Positions 23,766 through 34,165 of a stretch of DNA of 64,000 bases are shown here, piece by piece. The notes below the pieces were generated by a model. That model saw nothing but the letters and a program-made list of their open reading frames with translations. It made no database searches and had not been told where the DNA came from. Position numbers and translations under genes: made by a program. How positions within the stretch are numbered: position 1 is the stretch's first letter; each line of letters begins with the position of its first letter. Source of the DNA: a virus (lineage: Duplodnaviria; Caudoviricetes); the IMG/VR virus record IMGVR_UViG_3300028048_000110, positions 26,992-90,991 of that record. One strand, 5' to 3'.

Positions 23766-24182
23766 ATGAATAAGAGATACACAAAGAAGCAGATCACAGA
23801 GGCAATCGCTTACTGGGAAAAGTAGCTTGCAGAAGGCAACTACAAGAGAGTAGATGAAGGTATATCATATGACAGTGCAGCTAGAGAAGCACAAGCAATT
23901 AGAGATGACATTGATGACAATGTGAACACTCCAAAAGAGTTATTTGCCTGGGCAGCAAGTGATACACTTTATGTGACAGATCCACATGGAAATGAATTAT
24001 ATGATTGGTGTAAGACAAATATAGAGAAAGTTAAAAGCTATGTTCAAGAGATTGAGTGGGAACATGGAGACATTGGCAGTGGTGCATTAGCATATGAAGA
24101 CTACTTCAATGCATTGATTAAAGCTGTTGAAAACAAAGATATAAATGCTGCGAGTGAGTGGCTAGATTCACCAATGCCATGA
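23766..24182 (+). CDS. Hypothetical protein with the YTxxQIxExIxYW leader, 138 aa
   Basis: RBS AAGGA; MNKRYTKKQITEAIAYWEK(Q)LAEG joins track ORF 23922. Confidence 0.7.
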
Positions 24183-24219
24183 TTTTTTGTTAAAGGCAAT
24201 GACTTTAAACTTAACTGTT

Positions 24220-24244
24220 AAAGCCACCTATAAAGGTGGCTTTT
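24220..24244. terminator. Bidirectional intrinsic terminator
   Basis: AAAGCCACCT-ATAA-AGGTGGCTTT between convergent genes. Confidence 0.75.
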
Positions 24245-24358
24245 ACATTCTAAGCAAGCAAGAAAGATGCTCAGTCTTTAGCTGAGCATAGAGTTCACAA
24301 AAATGGCTAGCTTGTTCAGCTAGCCACATTGAAGAAAGACCTTGTTTGTCTTTCTGTT

Positions 24359-24838
24359 TTATTTCACCTCAATCTTGAGGACATCATCTTTCTTTACTTC
24401 AATTGCCTTAGCTGGAAGGTCAATCCTGAGCATTCCATCTTCAGCCTTTGCAGTGATGTTCTTGATGTCAACTGTGTCAGACAGCGGAATTGAGAAGCTA
24501 AAGCTTTGGTAAGAGATGCTTGAAAAGTCCATCTCTTCATCCTTCACTTTGTTCTCTTTTCCACATGTGACTGTCAAGAGGTTGTTCTTGACTTCCACAT
24601 CTACTTCATCACGCTTGAATGGAGTGTATGGAACTTCAAGGCCCCAACCAACTACAGTGCCATCTTCATTTTTCTTTGTTGTGAGATTGTGTGGACGAGA
24701 GATAATCCTCTTTAGACCACGATTCTCGAACTTGTTAGACCCATCAGAGAGAAGTGGATAGTTGAAAATTGCATCCATGTTTCTCCACATACGGTCCATT
24801 TGCTCAAATATTGAGCTTATGTTTTGGTTTGAGTGCAT
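24359..24838 (-). CDS. Small heat-shock protein (Hsp20/alpha-crystallin)
   Basis: LEVPYTPFKRDEVDVEVKNNLLTV..FSFSIPLSDTVD..ITAKAEDGMLRIDLP; no TAG. Confidence 0.85.
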   Translation of the reverse strand: MHSNQNISSIFEQMDRMWRNMDAIFNYPLLSDGSNKFENRGLKRIISRPHNLTTKKNEDGTVVGWGLEVPYTPFKRDEVDVEVKNNLLTVTCGKENKVKDEEMDFSSISYQSFSFSIPLSDTVDIKNITAKAEDGMLRIDLPAKAIEVKKDDVLKIEVK

Positions 24839-25019
24839 GATTTGCCTCTACTTTCTATGTTTTTTGACTGTTGTTTGCTCAATCAGTCATTTGTTTGCTT
24901 GTAGTCTCCATGCTGGATGCCTTCCTAGCATTTCCTCTACAGAATATATATACCTCTAGCCGTCATGCACTGAATTTATATTTGCACAACGGCTAGACAG
25001 TCAAGATATTGCTTGATGC

Positions 25020-26084
25020 TTATATTCCAAGCTCTTTCAGCAAGTCATTTGAGTCAATGTCATCTGAATCATTGGCAGTAGAAGCATCTGGAACATCCAG
25101 ACCCTCATTGTCCGGATCAGATGCAAGAGCATTCTCCTTGCTCTCACTAGGCTTGCCACCAATCAAGTCATCAATGTCACTGTCATCTATGTCATTGCTT
25201 TCTGATGGAATGTCATTTGTTGGAATGCTTGTCTTGCTTGCTGTTGGCTTGTCATCAACATCTGTCTTGTACACTGGAATGTCATCGTCTTCAGGGATGT
25301 CATTGTTTGATATTGCACAGAACTTGTTGTAGAACTCATCTACTTCTTCATCATCAGGTGACGTGAAGTATGTCTCGTCAAATGGAAAGCCGTCAACACT
25401 TTGGCTGTTTATGGCTGGAATCTCATATGGCTCTGTTGAGAACTTTATCTTATCAATGACAGTCTTCTTGTACTGCTTTCCATTCTTGCCTTCTTCAATA
25501 GTCTGTGCGACATGCAGCAAGCAGTCTACTGCCTTTCCACCATTGAATATAGGCACCTCTCTGCACTTTGCATCAGCAATGTTGCGGAACTTTGTGTACA
25601 TCTCCTTGTCATTGAATATGATGACTTTGAACTTGCCATTGTTCTTCTCATAGTTAGGGTCATTTCTGACATATACTGGGACAATAGCCTCATATGATGT
25701 GCCACACAGTCCAGCCTTCTGTCTAGCAGCAATGTCAGTCTTTCCAGACTCACGGTATATTGACCACTGCTGGCCAACAAAATTGCAGATCTTGCATGAG
25801 GATGCCTTTGGCCCTTCAGTCTCTATCCAAGGTGTGCTCTTTGTGCAGACAACTTTCTCTAGATGCTTTTTGCCTGTCTTAGGGTCTGTCACCCAAGCCT
25901 TGTGTATGTACCTTATGATGTTTGGGTCGTCACGACCAACTTTTGATCCAATGCCGAGAAGTCGAACACGGTAGTATGTACGGTCATCCTTGCAAGGCTG
26001 CAAGAACATCTCGAGATTCGTGTTCTTCTTAGGAGCACCGAGTGTCTTTGAATGCTTTGGAAACGATGATATGAATGTGCACAT
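25020..26084 (-). CDS. gp32: T4 gp32-like single-stranded DNA-binding protein
   Basis: YYRVRLL..YIH..C.K..CKIC..YVRNDPNYEKNNGKFKV; acidic tail ending DLLKELGI; no TAG. Confidence 0.8.
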   Translation of the reverse strand: MCTFISSFPKHSKTLGAPKKNTNLEMFLQPCKDDRTYYRVRLLGIGSKVGRDDPNIIRYIHKAWVTDPKTGKKHLEKVVCTKSTPWIETEGPKASSCKICNFVGQQWSIYRESGKTDIAARQKAGLCGTSYEAIVPVYVRNDPNYEKNNGKFKVIIFNDKEMYTKFRNIADAKCREVPIFNGGKAVDCLLHVAQTIEEGKNGKQYKKTVIDKIKFSTEPYEIPAINSQSVDGFPFDETYFTSPDDEEVDEFYNKFCAISNNDIPEDDDIPVYKTDVDDKPTASKTSIPTNDIPSESNDIDDSDIDDLIGGKPSESKENALASDPDNEGLDVPDASTANDSDDIDSNDLLKELGI

Positions 26085-26158
26085 GCGTTTCTTTCCTTTG
26101 TTTTAGTTTTTGTTTGTGTATAGAACTTGACTCAAATAGTTGAGACAAGCAAATAAAA

Positions 26159-26881
26159 TCATATGCTCTTAGACTATTTTCGAAGACGCCAAATCAACTT
26201 GTCAGTGAAGTCAATAGGGTTTATGTATGTGTTCTTCTCTTGAAGAAATGCCTTGTTCACTTCTGAGTGGTATATGTCAAAGTGCTCATCTAGAAGACTT
26301 AGCTCTTGTCTAGAGAAGTAGTCAAGCCTAGAGACAATCTTCTTGAAGTTTGGTATTGCTGCAAAGAAGTACATTGATATCTCACCTGTCACAATGCTTT
26401 TTCCAATCTGCTTCTTCTCAATGAGCATCCGTAGAAAGTCTTTAGTTGTGAAATACCCTTCATCAATGCATCTATGCGCAATGTTCTTTGCCGACTTGAT
26501 GAACCACTTGTATATGCTCTTGCGCAAGTTGAACTTCTTTAGATGCACTATGTACTTGTCAAGCATCTTAGTTGATGCCAAGCATGTGTCTAGCGTTGAC
26601 TCAGTCATTCCACACCGCACACAGTACTTTATGTACGGCTCATAGTTGAAGTTGTTAGACTTTGCAGCATTGGCAAATGCGTCAAACAGATCTTTGTGCT
26701 TAGAATACAGAGCTTTTCCAGAGACAAGCTTCAATGGAAATGTCTTGCTCTTGTATGGATTTTGGAGACTTCTATAGTACTTGAAGACTTTTGCAACATA
26801 CTCACCATCAAAATATAGAGCATCGTTTTGTTGACTGCTTTCTTCTTTTAGTGTATGACCCGAATCTAATTGACTGTGCAT
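26159..26881 (-). CDS. Hypothetical protein, possibly a gp59-like helicase loader, 240 aa
   Basis: Lies directly upstream of gp32, as T4 gene 59 does; similar size; one TAG near the C-terminus. Confidence 0.4.
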
Positions 26882-27485
26882 ATGGCTTGTCTTTTATAGT
26901 CTTCTATATTTTACGCACAAACAGCCCTTTGAACACACTTGGACAAAGTCTAAACAAGAACTTGAAGAAGTCTAGAATTGTCATGTTGTAGTCATCCAAT
27001 ATCTACTGCATGAACTAGATGTCATTGAGCATGTCTACTATTGCTGACCGTTTCACTTGCTCATTTGTCTACTAAGCTGCTAAGCCAGGCTTGTGCTTTA
27101 CAATGTGGTCATACAGCTACCAATCATCAAAAGTGTCAATGTCTATCTCATTTGTATAGAAGAACTTTGAGAATGATGCTCTTGACTTGTTTTCAGCAAA
27201 TGGGACATCTACATATGGTGCTTGACTTGTGCTTGACTATGCCTACTAGTTGTCAATTTGGCCATCTTGACTTGTGTCTTCTTTCTTCTTTTCTCTGCAA
27301 AATGGCTTTTTTGCAATGTTTACTACTTTAGTGACTGCTTCTTTAAGCGAGATCTTCTTTAGAGTCTTCTTTGTCTTCTTCAAAGTCTTCTTTGCTGTAG
27401 ACTTCAGTTTCTTGCTTGTGCTCTATTTATGCTGTGTTTTTTGTCTAGATAGCACAGTCTTATTTCTAGTCTTCTTCTATTTCAT
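26808..27485 (-). CDS. Lys-rich hypothetical protein, 225 aa, 11 TAG; absent from the ORF track
   Basis: Continuous ATG-to-TGA frame with TAG=Q fills the gap after the helicase gene. Confidence 0.7.
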
Positions 27486-27515
27486 CTGTATCTATATACT
27501 ACACAAGCCTAGAAG

Positions 27516-28952
27516 TCAAAGTGAACTAATGTTGCTTTGTATCTGCTGCAAGTCTTCTTGCATTCCACTTATGCTGTTGAATGCGTCTCGCATGTTGTCA
27601 TCTGCAACGTCTTCTTGCTCTATGTCTGGATTGTTTGTTATGTCCTCTAGAACTAAGTTGTGCGTGTTGACTGTGAACTGCAAGACTTTGCCAACTTGAC
27701 CACCAAGACGGTTCTTCAATATCCTTGACCTGATGATTCCATTCTCTCTGTCTTCTTGCATCTGGAACAATGCCATCAAGAAGTCTGCTGTGAAGGCAAT
27801 TCCACGAGACTGTGATATGTTCTCCATTCCAACATTCTCATTGTTCATGCCTTCAGTGTTTGTCTGTATAGCACTTATCACTGGAGCCTTGAACTCATAG
27901 CTTATTGCACGCAGCTTCTCTGACACATCAAGACCATCTAAGAACATGTTGTCATTCTGCTTGCTTGATGACTTGACTAGATTGAGGTAGTCAACAATGA
28001 TAGCATCAAACTTGTGCCCATTTGACTTCAAGCTCTCAAGATATGCACGGATGTCATTGCATGTGACAGACTTTGGAGGGTACTCTTTGATGTACAAGTT
28101 TGCTGTGGGGTGCTCTTTATAGAACTTCTTGATGTTCTCAACTGCACGGTCTTCACAGTCATTCAGATGGTTGATGTCTTCTTTTGATATGTGAGCGTCA
28201 AACCGCTGTGCATAGACATCTTCAGACATCTCAAGAGATATGACAACAACACTTAGGCCCTGCTTCAAGAAGTTCACTGCAAGATTTGACAAGAACAATG
28301 ACTTTCCAAGACCAGCCTGTGCCATGACTAAGTACAGCGAACGGCCATCTTTCAAGAATCCACCGTGTGTGTATGTGTCAAGGCTTGGCCACAATGTGCT
28401 CAATTTGGCATCAGGGTTCTTTATGTACTCCCAGTGCAGCTTCATTGCATCTTCATTGAAGTAGTTGAGTCCTAAGTCAGTGTCATTGAACGTTATCTTC
28501 TGCACTCTGTCAAAGTTCTCAAGGCACTTTGCAACAACTTTCTCATAGCCATCTTCACTACTGTTCAAGAGTCCAGCATTGTCATACAATGCATTGTAGA
28601 AGGCGTTTCTACGTATGAACTCTTTCAAGTTGCTGCTGATGACTTCTTCAGGCAAGTTCAAGTCAAATGCATTTATCTCTCCAAGCAGTTCATTGACACT
28701 TGACATCTCTATGCTCTCTTGGGGGTACTTCAATGCATAAGACTTTGCCATTGCAGCTAAAGTCTTTGTGCTAGGCGCTTGTCCATACTTCTCATAGAAC
28801 CTCACTTGCAAGTCAGCAAGCACTGCCAAGTTAGGTGTCTTGAAGAACCTCTTGTCAAATGTCCCAACTAAGATGTTCATCCACTTCTTGTCAAGAGAAG
28901 CTTTCTTGAACAACATCTTCTCTATGTCATCTCTACTGAAATCTAGTTCCAT
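27516..28952 (-). CDS. gp41: DnaB-like replicative helicase (T4 gp41-like)
   Basis: AQAGLGKS Walker A, ISLEMSE, IIVDYLNL, ISAIQTN, ILKNRLGG; no TAG. Confidence 0.9.
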   Translation of the reverse strand: MELDFSRDDIEKMLFKKASLDKKWMNILVGTFDKRFFKTPNLAVLADLQVRFYEKYGQAPSTKTLAAMAKSYALKYPQESIEMSSVNELLGEINAFDLNLPEEVISSNLKEFIRRNAFYNALYDNAGLLNSSEDGYEKVVAKCLENFDRVQKITFNDTDLGLNYFNEDAMKLHWEYIKNPDAKLSTLWPSLDTYTHGGFLKDGRSLYLVMAQAGLGKSLFLSNLAVNFLKQGLSVVVISLEMSEDVYAQRFDAHISKEDINHLNDCEDRAVENIKKFYKEHPTANLYIKEYPPKSVTCNDIRAYLESLKSNGHKFDAIIVDYLNLVKSSSKQNDNMFLDGLDVSEKLRAISYEFKAPVISAIQTNTEGMNNENVGMENISQSRGIAFTADFLMALFQMQEDRENGIIRSRILKNRLGGQVGKVLQFTVNTHNLVLEDITNNPDIEQEDVADDNMRDAFNSISGMQEDLQQIQSNISSL

Positions 28953-28993
28953 CACATATACTTATACTCATATAGCAAAATCGAGTGAACTAG

Positions 28994-30279
28994 TCACACC
29001 CTAAATGGTGTGATCTTCAAGTGTTCTTCCTTGCATCTAGTGCAATCACTTGATTTTCTTGCTTCACAGTCGGCAGTTCCACATGCACAACTTGCATCAT
29101 GCATGCCAGCGCTTCCAACTCCACAAGCGTTGATTCCCGACGTCCCATCGGTACTTTTCATAATGTCTCTCAAAGCAAAGTTCCTTATGTTGATTGCAGC
29201 ATTCAAGTCTCTGTCAATCTTCATTCCACATTCTGGACACGCATATACTCGGGCATCTAATGGCATCTTCTGCTTATGCCCACAGCAATGACAGATCTGA
29301 GTAGAAGCTTCAAACCTTCCAATTTTCTTGAAGATCTTTCCTTCTCTCATTGCTTTGTAGCTTAGCATAGATGTGAACATGCTCCACCCCAAGTCTGAGA
29401 TCTTTCTGCCCAAAGCTTTTTCATTCCTTGCAGACTCAAGTCTTCAATGCAGAAGTAGTCAAATTGGCTATCTTTGACTAGTCTTGTTGAAGTCTTGTGC
29501 AAGAAGTCTTTTCTTTGGTCAGCAATCTTTTGGTGTATCTTTGCTACTTTGATTCTTTGCTTCTCTTTGTTCTTGCTTCCTTTTGTCTTTTTGCTTAACT
29601 TCCTTTGCTCTTGTGCTAGCTTGTCTAGCATCTTCTTGAAATACTGTGGACTGTCAATGCTGTCTCCATTTGAGAATGTCATGAACGTCTTCAGTCCGAA
29701 GTCAATTCCCAACGAGTTCTCATAAAAGATCTTAGCATCGTCAATCATCTTCTTTAGCTCATCCTTTACATGGACAATGAATGACACATAGTATTGTCCA
29801 GAAGAATTCTTTGAGACTGTTGCAGTCCCTATCTTCCCTTTCTTGACTCGTCTTGAGATCTTTACTTTAATTCCATTCTTCCTTGAGAACTTTGGTATCT
29901 TGATCTTTGAGTCTTTGAAGTCAATCTGGAAATGTTGAGGGATCTCAAATGAGTCTTTGTCATACTTCTTTGACTTAAACTTTGGAAAGTTTGCTCTTCC
30001 AGCAAAGAAGTTGTTGAACGCTCTGTCAAGATGGCCAACTGCACATATAAGACTTTGGCTATTCACTTCATAAAGCCAAGGATTTGCTTCTTTAAGCTTC
30101 ACGGTCTCTCCAGAACAATTCAATCCAATTGAGTTTAGGTACTTCTATTGGGATGCATACCTTTCTTGATTGAGATGAAGAGCCCAATTGTACATGAAGT
30201 GTGTACAACCGAAGTGTTTAGCAAGAAGAACCTTCTGCTCATCTGTTGGATATATCCGGAATCTATATGTCTCAATCAT
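28994..30279 (-). pseudogene. tnpB: TnpB RNA-guided nuclease with a one-base frameshift near 29410
   Basis: YRFRIYPT HTH, LGIDFGLK, CIEDLS, CHCCG..CPECG..DRDLNAAINI; 1286 nt, one short of a multiple of 3; 1 TAG. Confidence 0.85.
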
Positions 30280-30312
30280 TTGGTAATAGAGATATTGTAC
30301 GTTTTACAGCTC

Positions 30313-30319
30313 TATTTAC
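30313..30319 (-). promoter_or_regulatory. GTAAATA candidate late promoter
   Basis: Inside the element, upstream of tnpB ATG 30279. Confidence 0.5.
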
Positions 30320-30468
30320 TCAAGACAAATCATAAACTTCACATGTATTTCATAGAAAATTCTAGGCAATTCATATCACACCCTAAAAGATGTGATGTTT
30401 CTTGCCTAAGTGCCATCTAAGCTTCTAGTGCTTAGTCGACGCAACTGCCTCTTGACTGTGCACAGATG

Positions 30469-31056
30469 TCAATTCCAAGACCCATATCCATTGTTCTTGT
30501 ATGGATTGTATGCATCCTTGTTAGGCTCTCTTAGAGAGCTAGGTGCTTGTCGATTGCTAATAGGTGAGAACTTTGCCTGGTTGACAGCTGTCCCTTTTGC
30601 TGCCATCTGCTTGCTGACTTCATCTAGCTGGCAAGTTAGGTTTGCATTGTCAAATGTCAATTCAGATATCTTCACTAGATAGCTGTCAACTTCTGACCTA
30701 AGTGCTTTGTTCTCACGTCTTAGTGACTCAACGCTGCTAGACTCCGCACTAGCATCATCTAACTGCTTCTTCAAGCTGCTGTTCTCTACTGTCAAGTCAT
30801 GGATTTGGTCTGCTGCAGTCTTCAATTCAGCGAGCTTCTCAGCATACTCAGCAACTTTAGACTCTAAGATTTCTTTCTCTTTTGAGAGAGCAGTAACTGA
30901 CTTTTCAAGCGCATCATACTTCTCAAGCTTCTCTTTTGCTTCAGCAGTCATAGTGCCATTTCCAACAAGAGACTTGTCTTCAAAAGCCTCTTGCTCTCTA
31001 GGTACTTCTTGATTACTGCCATCAAGCAAGCTGTTTGGCTTAACTTTCTTTCCCAT
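30469..31056 (-). CDS. Coiled-coil hypothetical protein, about 195 aa
   Basis: Track ORF; heptad pattern; no TAG. Confidence 0.7.
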   Translation of the reverse strand: MGKKVKPNSLLDGSNQEVPREQEAFEDKSLVGNGTMTAEAKEKLEKYDALEKSVTALSKEKEILESKVAEYAEKLAELKTAADQIHDLTVENSSLKKQLDDASAESSSVESLRRENKALRSEVDSYLVKISELTFDNANLTCQLDEVSKQMAAKGTAVNQAKFSPISNRQAPSSLREPNKDAYNPYKNNGYGSWN

Positions 31057-31080
31057 GTCTTTGTTTCCTTTATGCAAAGT

Positions 31081-32220
31081 TTATTCTTCGGCAATCTCTT
31101 CTTCTATCTTGTCAAGTTCTTGAGAAGTAGCATTTGAGTACTCCATGACTGTCTTGCTCTTCTCATTGAACTTTTCAATGAATGTTGTCCAAATGTCATC
31201 ATTCTTGACAAGGTCTTTGTAGGTGATCTTCTTGTCAGAGTAAGATGGACAGACATATCCACCGCGGACTTCTTGCAAGAAGCCAAACTTGACAGCATCA
31301 CTTATCAAGCCATCATACTTTGAGATGCCTGTTGTGAAGTCAAGATAGACTTGTGCGGTGAACATTGGCTTGCAGATTCTGTTCTTCACTGTGAAGAACT
31401 TCAACTTATTGCCTTTGTAGAAGCCAACTTCATCATCATTTGACTCAAAGCCTGTCAAGAACTCTGTGTCTGTTGACTTGACAAACACTTTTTCGCACTG
31501 CAGTATCACATGTGAAGCAAACTCAATCCCTTTGCCACCAGCAATATTCTGGATCTTTGATGCAAACATTGCTCCTGGATCTTGATATGAGTGGTTGATT
31601 ACAAGCAATGTTGCGTTGCTCTGCACAACGCGCATCATAAGGCCACGCATCATGTTGTTCTTCAACTTTGCCCCGAGACCCATATCCATTGCTGTCTTGT
31701 CTTTGTTGACTGCATCATTGACAAGCTTGTCAGCAGCAAGAGCACCATAAGAGTCAAGAACGCAAAGCGCTCTGATGTTGTCATTGTTTTCAGGGTCATC
31801 GAGATACTCTTGACGTGCTTTCACTAGCTCATCATACACCTGAAGCATCTTGACTGAGCACTGCTCAATCGAAGCAACAGGGATATGGTTTATCTTTGTC
31901 AAGTCAACACCTTGCTTCTTGAAGAAGTCAACTAAAGTTCCACCTTCAGAGTCAAATATGTAGACAACATCTACTTGGTCATTCTTCAATGCATTGACAA
32001 CTGTGTTTGCTGCAATCAATGACTTGCCAGACTGTGAAAGTCCAAACAGTGTGCTGATTCTTCCAACTGGAAACCCTTTGTGGATGTCTCCAGTAAGGAC
32101 ACGATTGATTGCATATGACCCTGAGTCAAAATACTCAGTCACTTTTGCAAATGTAGACTAATCTATAGTCTCTGCTTTTGTCTATTTACGGATTGACTTC
32201 ACTACGTCATTCAACTTCAT
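31081..32220 (-). CDS. uvsX: RecA/UvsX-like recombinase, 379 aa
   Basis: FDSGSYAINRVLTG, GLSQSGKS, FDSEGG, VLDSYGAL, LVINH, GGKG; RBS GAGG at ATG 32220; TAG at codons 13 and 21 only. Confidence 0.9.
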
Positions 32221-32256
32221 ATTGTTCCTCTTTTATCTTAAACTTTCACTGTTAAA

Positions 32257-32835
32257 TCATACATCTGTAGACACGTTCTACTTGTTTGAAATGCTTCTTT
32301 TCTTTATTCTATACAAGTAGTTCTTCACTACAATGTAGAACATTGCTAGCCTAAGTGTCTTTATTCTAGTAGCCATAGTGTAGCCTTTGTTCTAGACAGC
32401 ATAGTCAACATCTTGTGTTATCCAAGGGCACTGCTTGCTCTCTATGACTCTTTTCCACACTTTGTTGAACTTAGACTTGTCTGCAGTCTTCCTTTTGTAG
32501 AAATAGTAGATGCGGTTCACAATCTTGTCTAAGTCAACCGAGCTCATTTTAAACCCTATATGCTGCCTTAGTATCATGAAGTATTGGTAGAGAGGGTGGT
32601 CTTCATCAAGCAGGCGGTTCACCATTATGTCAGTGTTCTTGTCAATCAAGTAAGGCTCAAACAAGCTTCTTATGCGGCACGCTACCCACCTTGTCAAGTT
32701 CTGTGACTTGAAGTCAAGTGTGTATTCAATATACTAGTTGCTGTCTGTCAAGACAGCAAAATCAACAGCACCACTCTTGATAGATGGCTTCAATGCAAAT
32801 AAGTGCTTTATGTGTGTCTTGTTCTTTACCGCCAC
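32257..32835 (-). CDS. Hypothetical protein, about 192 aa; start uncertain (GTG)
   Basis: Track ORF 32392..32697 extended both ways through TAG to TGA. Confidence 0.5.
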
Positions 32836-32867
32836 ATCTATAAAATACAAAAACTTATGAACAATTG

Positions 32868-34151
32868 TTAATAGTTGTAAACACTTATGCAACTATTGAT
32901 ATAAGTCTTGCTGAAAACCGCATTTGAAGGCCACAGCGGAAATCGATATTTCAATTTCGATTTTTTGATTATGCCTGCTAGACCCTTCCAAGACATGTAG
33001 CGTAGCTCTAGTTCTTCCTTCCATTGGTTTCCTAGAACCTCTGCATATCTTTGCTACTTTATGCTGTAGCTTGGGTAGATCCAGCCTTTTTGAAATTTAT
33101 GATAGCTTCTTCGAGCTATTTCGATTGATGCAGCAACTGGATCAGGACACTATCCTGATCCGTAAACAAAATTCCCAATAATGCTGCTGTAAGCAGCATT
33201 GACTTCAATCATTTCGACTCCATAGACATTGCAAAGAGTCTACAAATGCATCTTTACAAATGAATATCTGAATTGGCTTCTACAAAGTCTATTGAGGTCT
33301 TTATTCCAAAACTTAGTCGACTTCTTGAAGTTCAAGTCTTCAACTGCAATCTTGCTGACTTTCCAAGTCTTGCATAGTCTCAAAATTCTATGGTTGATCT
33401 CATACAACTCAAAATGCACTTTATTCTTTGACTGCTCTTGAAGCTTAGTGATGTCAATGCATTCTTTGAATATGACTTTGAACTTGTCTTTCTAGTTGAA
33501 CTCTAAGATGCTGATTCCAAAGTAGTTAGGGTTCAAGTCAATGCCAAGGACTCTATTTGCAAACAAATTCTTGAATTGTTTCTCTTTCTCAACAACTGAT
33601 TCATCATATGTCAAGTATATCTTGTCTTTCTTCAATCTAATTGTAACAGGAATCTTTTTCTCAGACGTCAACACTTGAAGCTTCTATAGAATTGATTTCC
33701 TTTTGTCACAAAGCTTTTCAGCAATAACTAAGTCATGATGCTCTTTTCTACTTCTCTTCCAGACAAACTTTCTATTTTCAACATCAATCTAAAAGAACCT
33801 ATTTCCCTATGACGGCGACTCTCCTTCTGACCAAACTCCAATGCTTCTTGACTCTTTCAATTCTTCTTTTGAAATCAATCCTCTTTGATATTTCAAGAAC
33901 TTCCCAAAATGGACTTTCTTGCCTTTGTTCAAAGTGTAAAGCCCATTTGCCTTTCTCATTGCTGAGTTTCGAAGATGAGAGTTTGCATTTGAAAACGTTG
34001 ATGACAAAATGCGATAGATTTCACCAGCAGTCTTTCCATCTTGGAATCTATTGAATGCAAAACGATACATTGCAGAGCAAATACGAGAGTCTTCAGCAAT
34101 TGCTTGTTGGATCTTTTCATTTGTCTTGACTTTGAATGATATCGTTTTCAT
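32868..34151 (-). CDS. tnpB: TnpB-related RuvC nuclease lacking the Cys zinc finger, 427 aa, 7 TAG
   Basis: VLGIDLNP (RuvC I), IAVEDLNF (II), VNAAYSSIIGN..DPVAASIEIARR (III); intact frame with TAG=Q; AT-rich. Confidence 0.8.
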
Positions 34152-34158
34152 CTAATCT

Positions 34159-34165
34159 TATTTAC
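34159..34165 (-). promoter_or_regulatory. GTAAATA candidate late promoter
   Basis: 8 nt upstream of tnpB ATG 34151. Confidence 0.5.

Larger units (their letters stand above)
28990..30400 (-). mobile_element. Non-autonomous IS200/IS605-family (IS1341-like) element carrying tnpB only
   Basis: Same-orientation end hairpins TCACACCCTAAATGGTGTGA (28994-29013) and TCACACCCTAAAAGATGTGA (30376-30395); no tnpA between them; boundaries approximate. Confidence 0.75.

Noticed and set aside
24954-25003. CIRCE/HrcA operator upstream of hsp20 (also looked upstream of groEL)
   Set aside because: No match to TTAGCACTC-N9-GAGTGCTAA.
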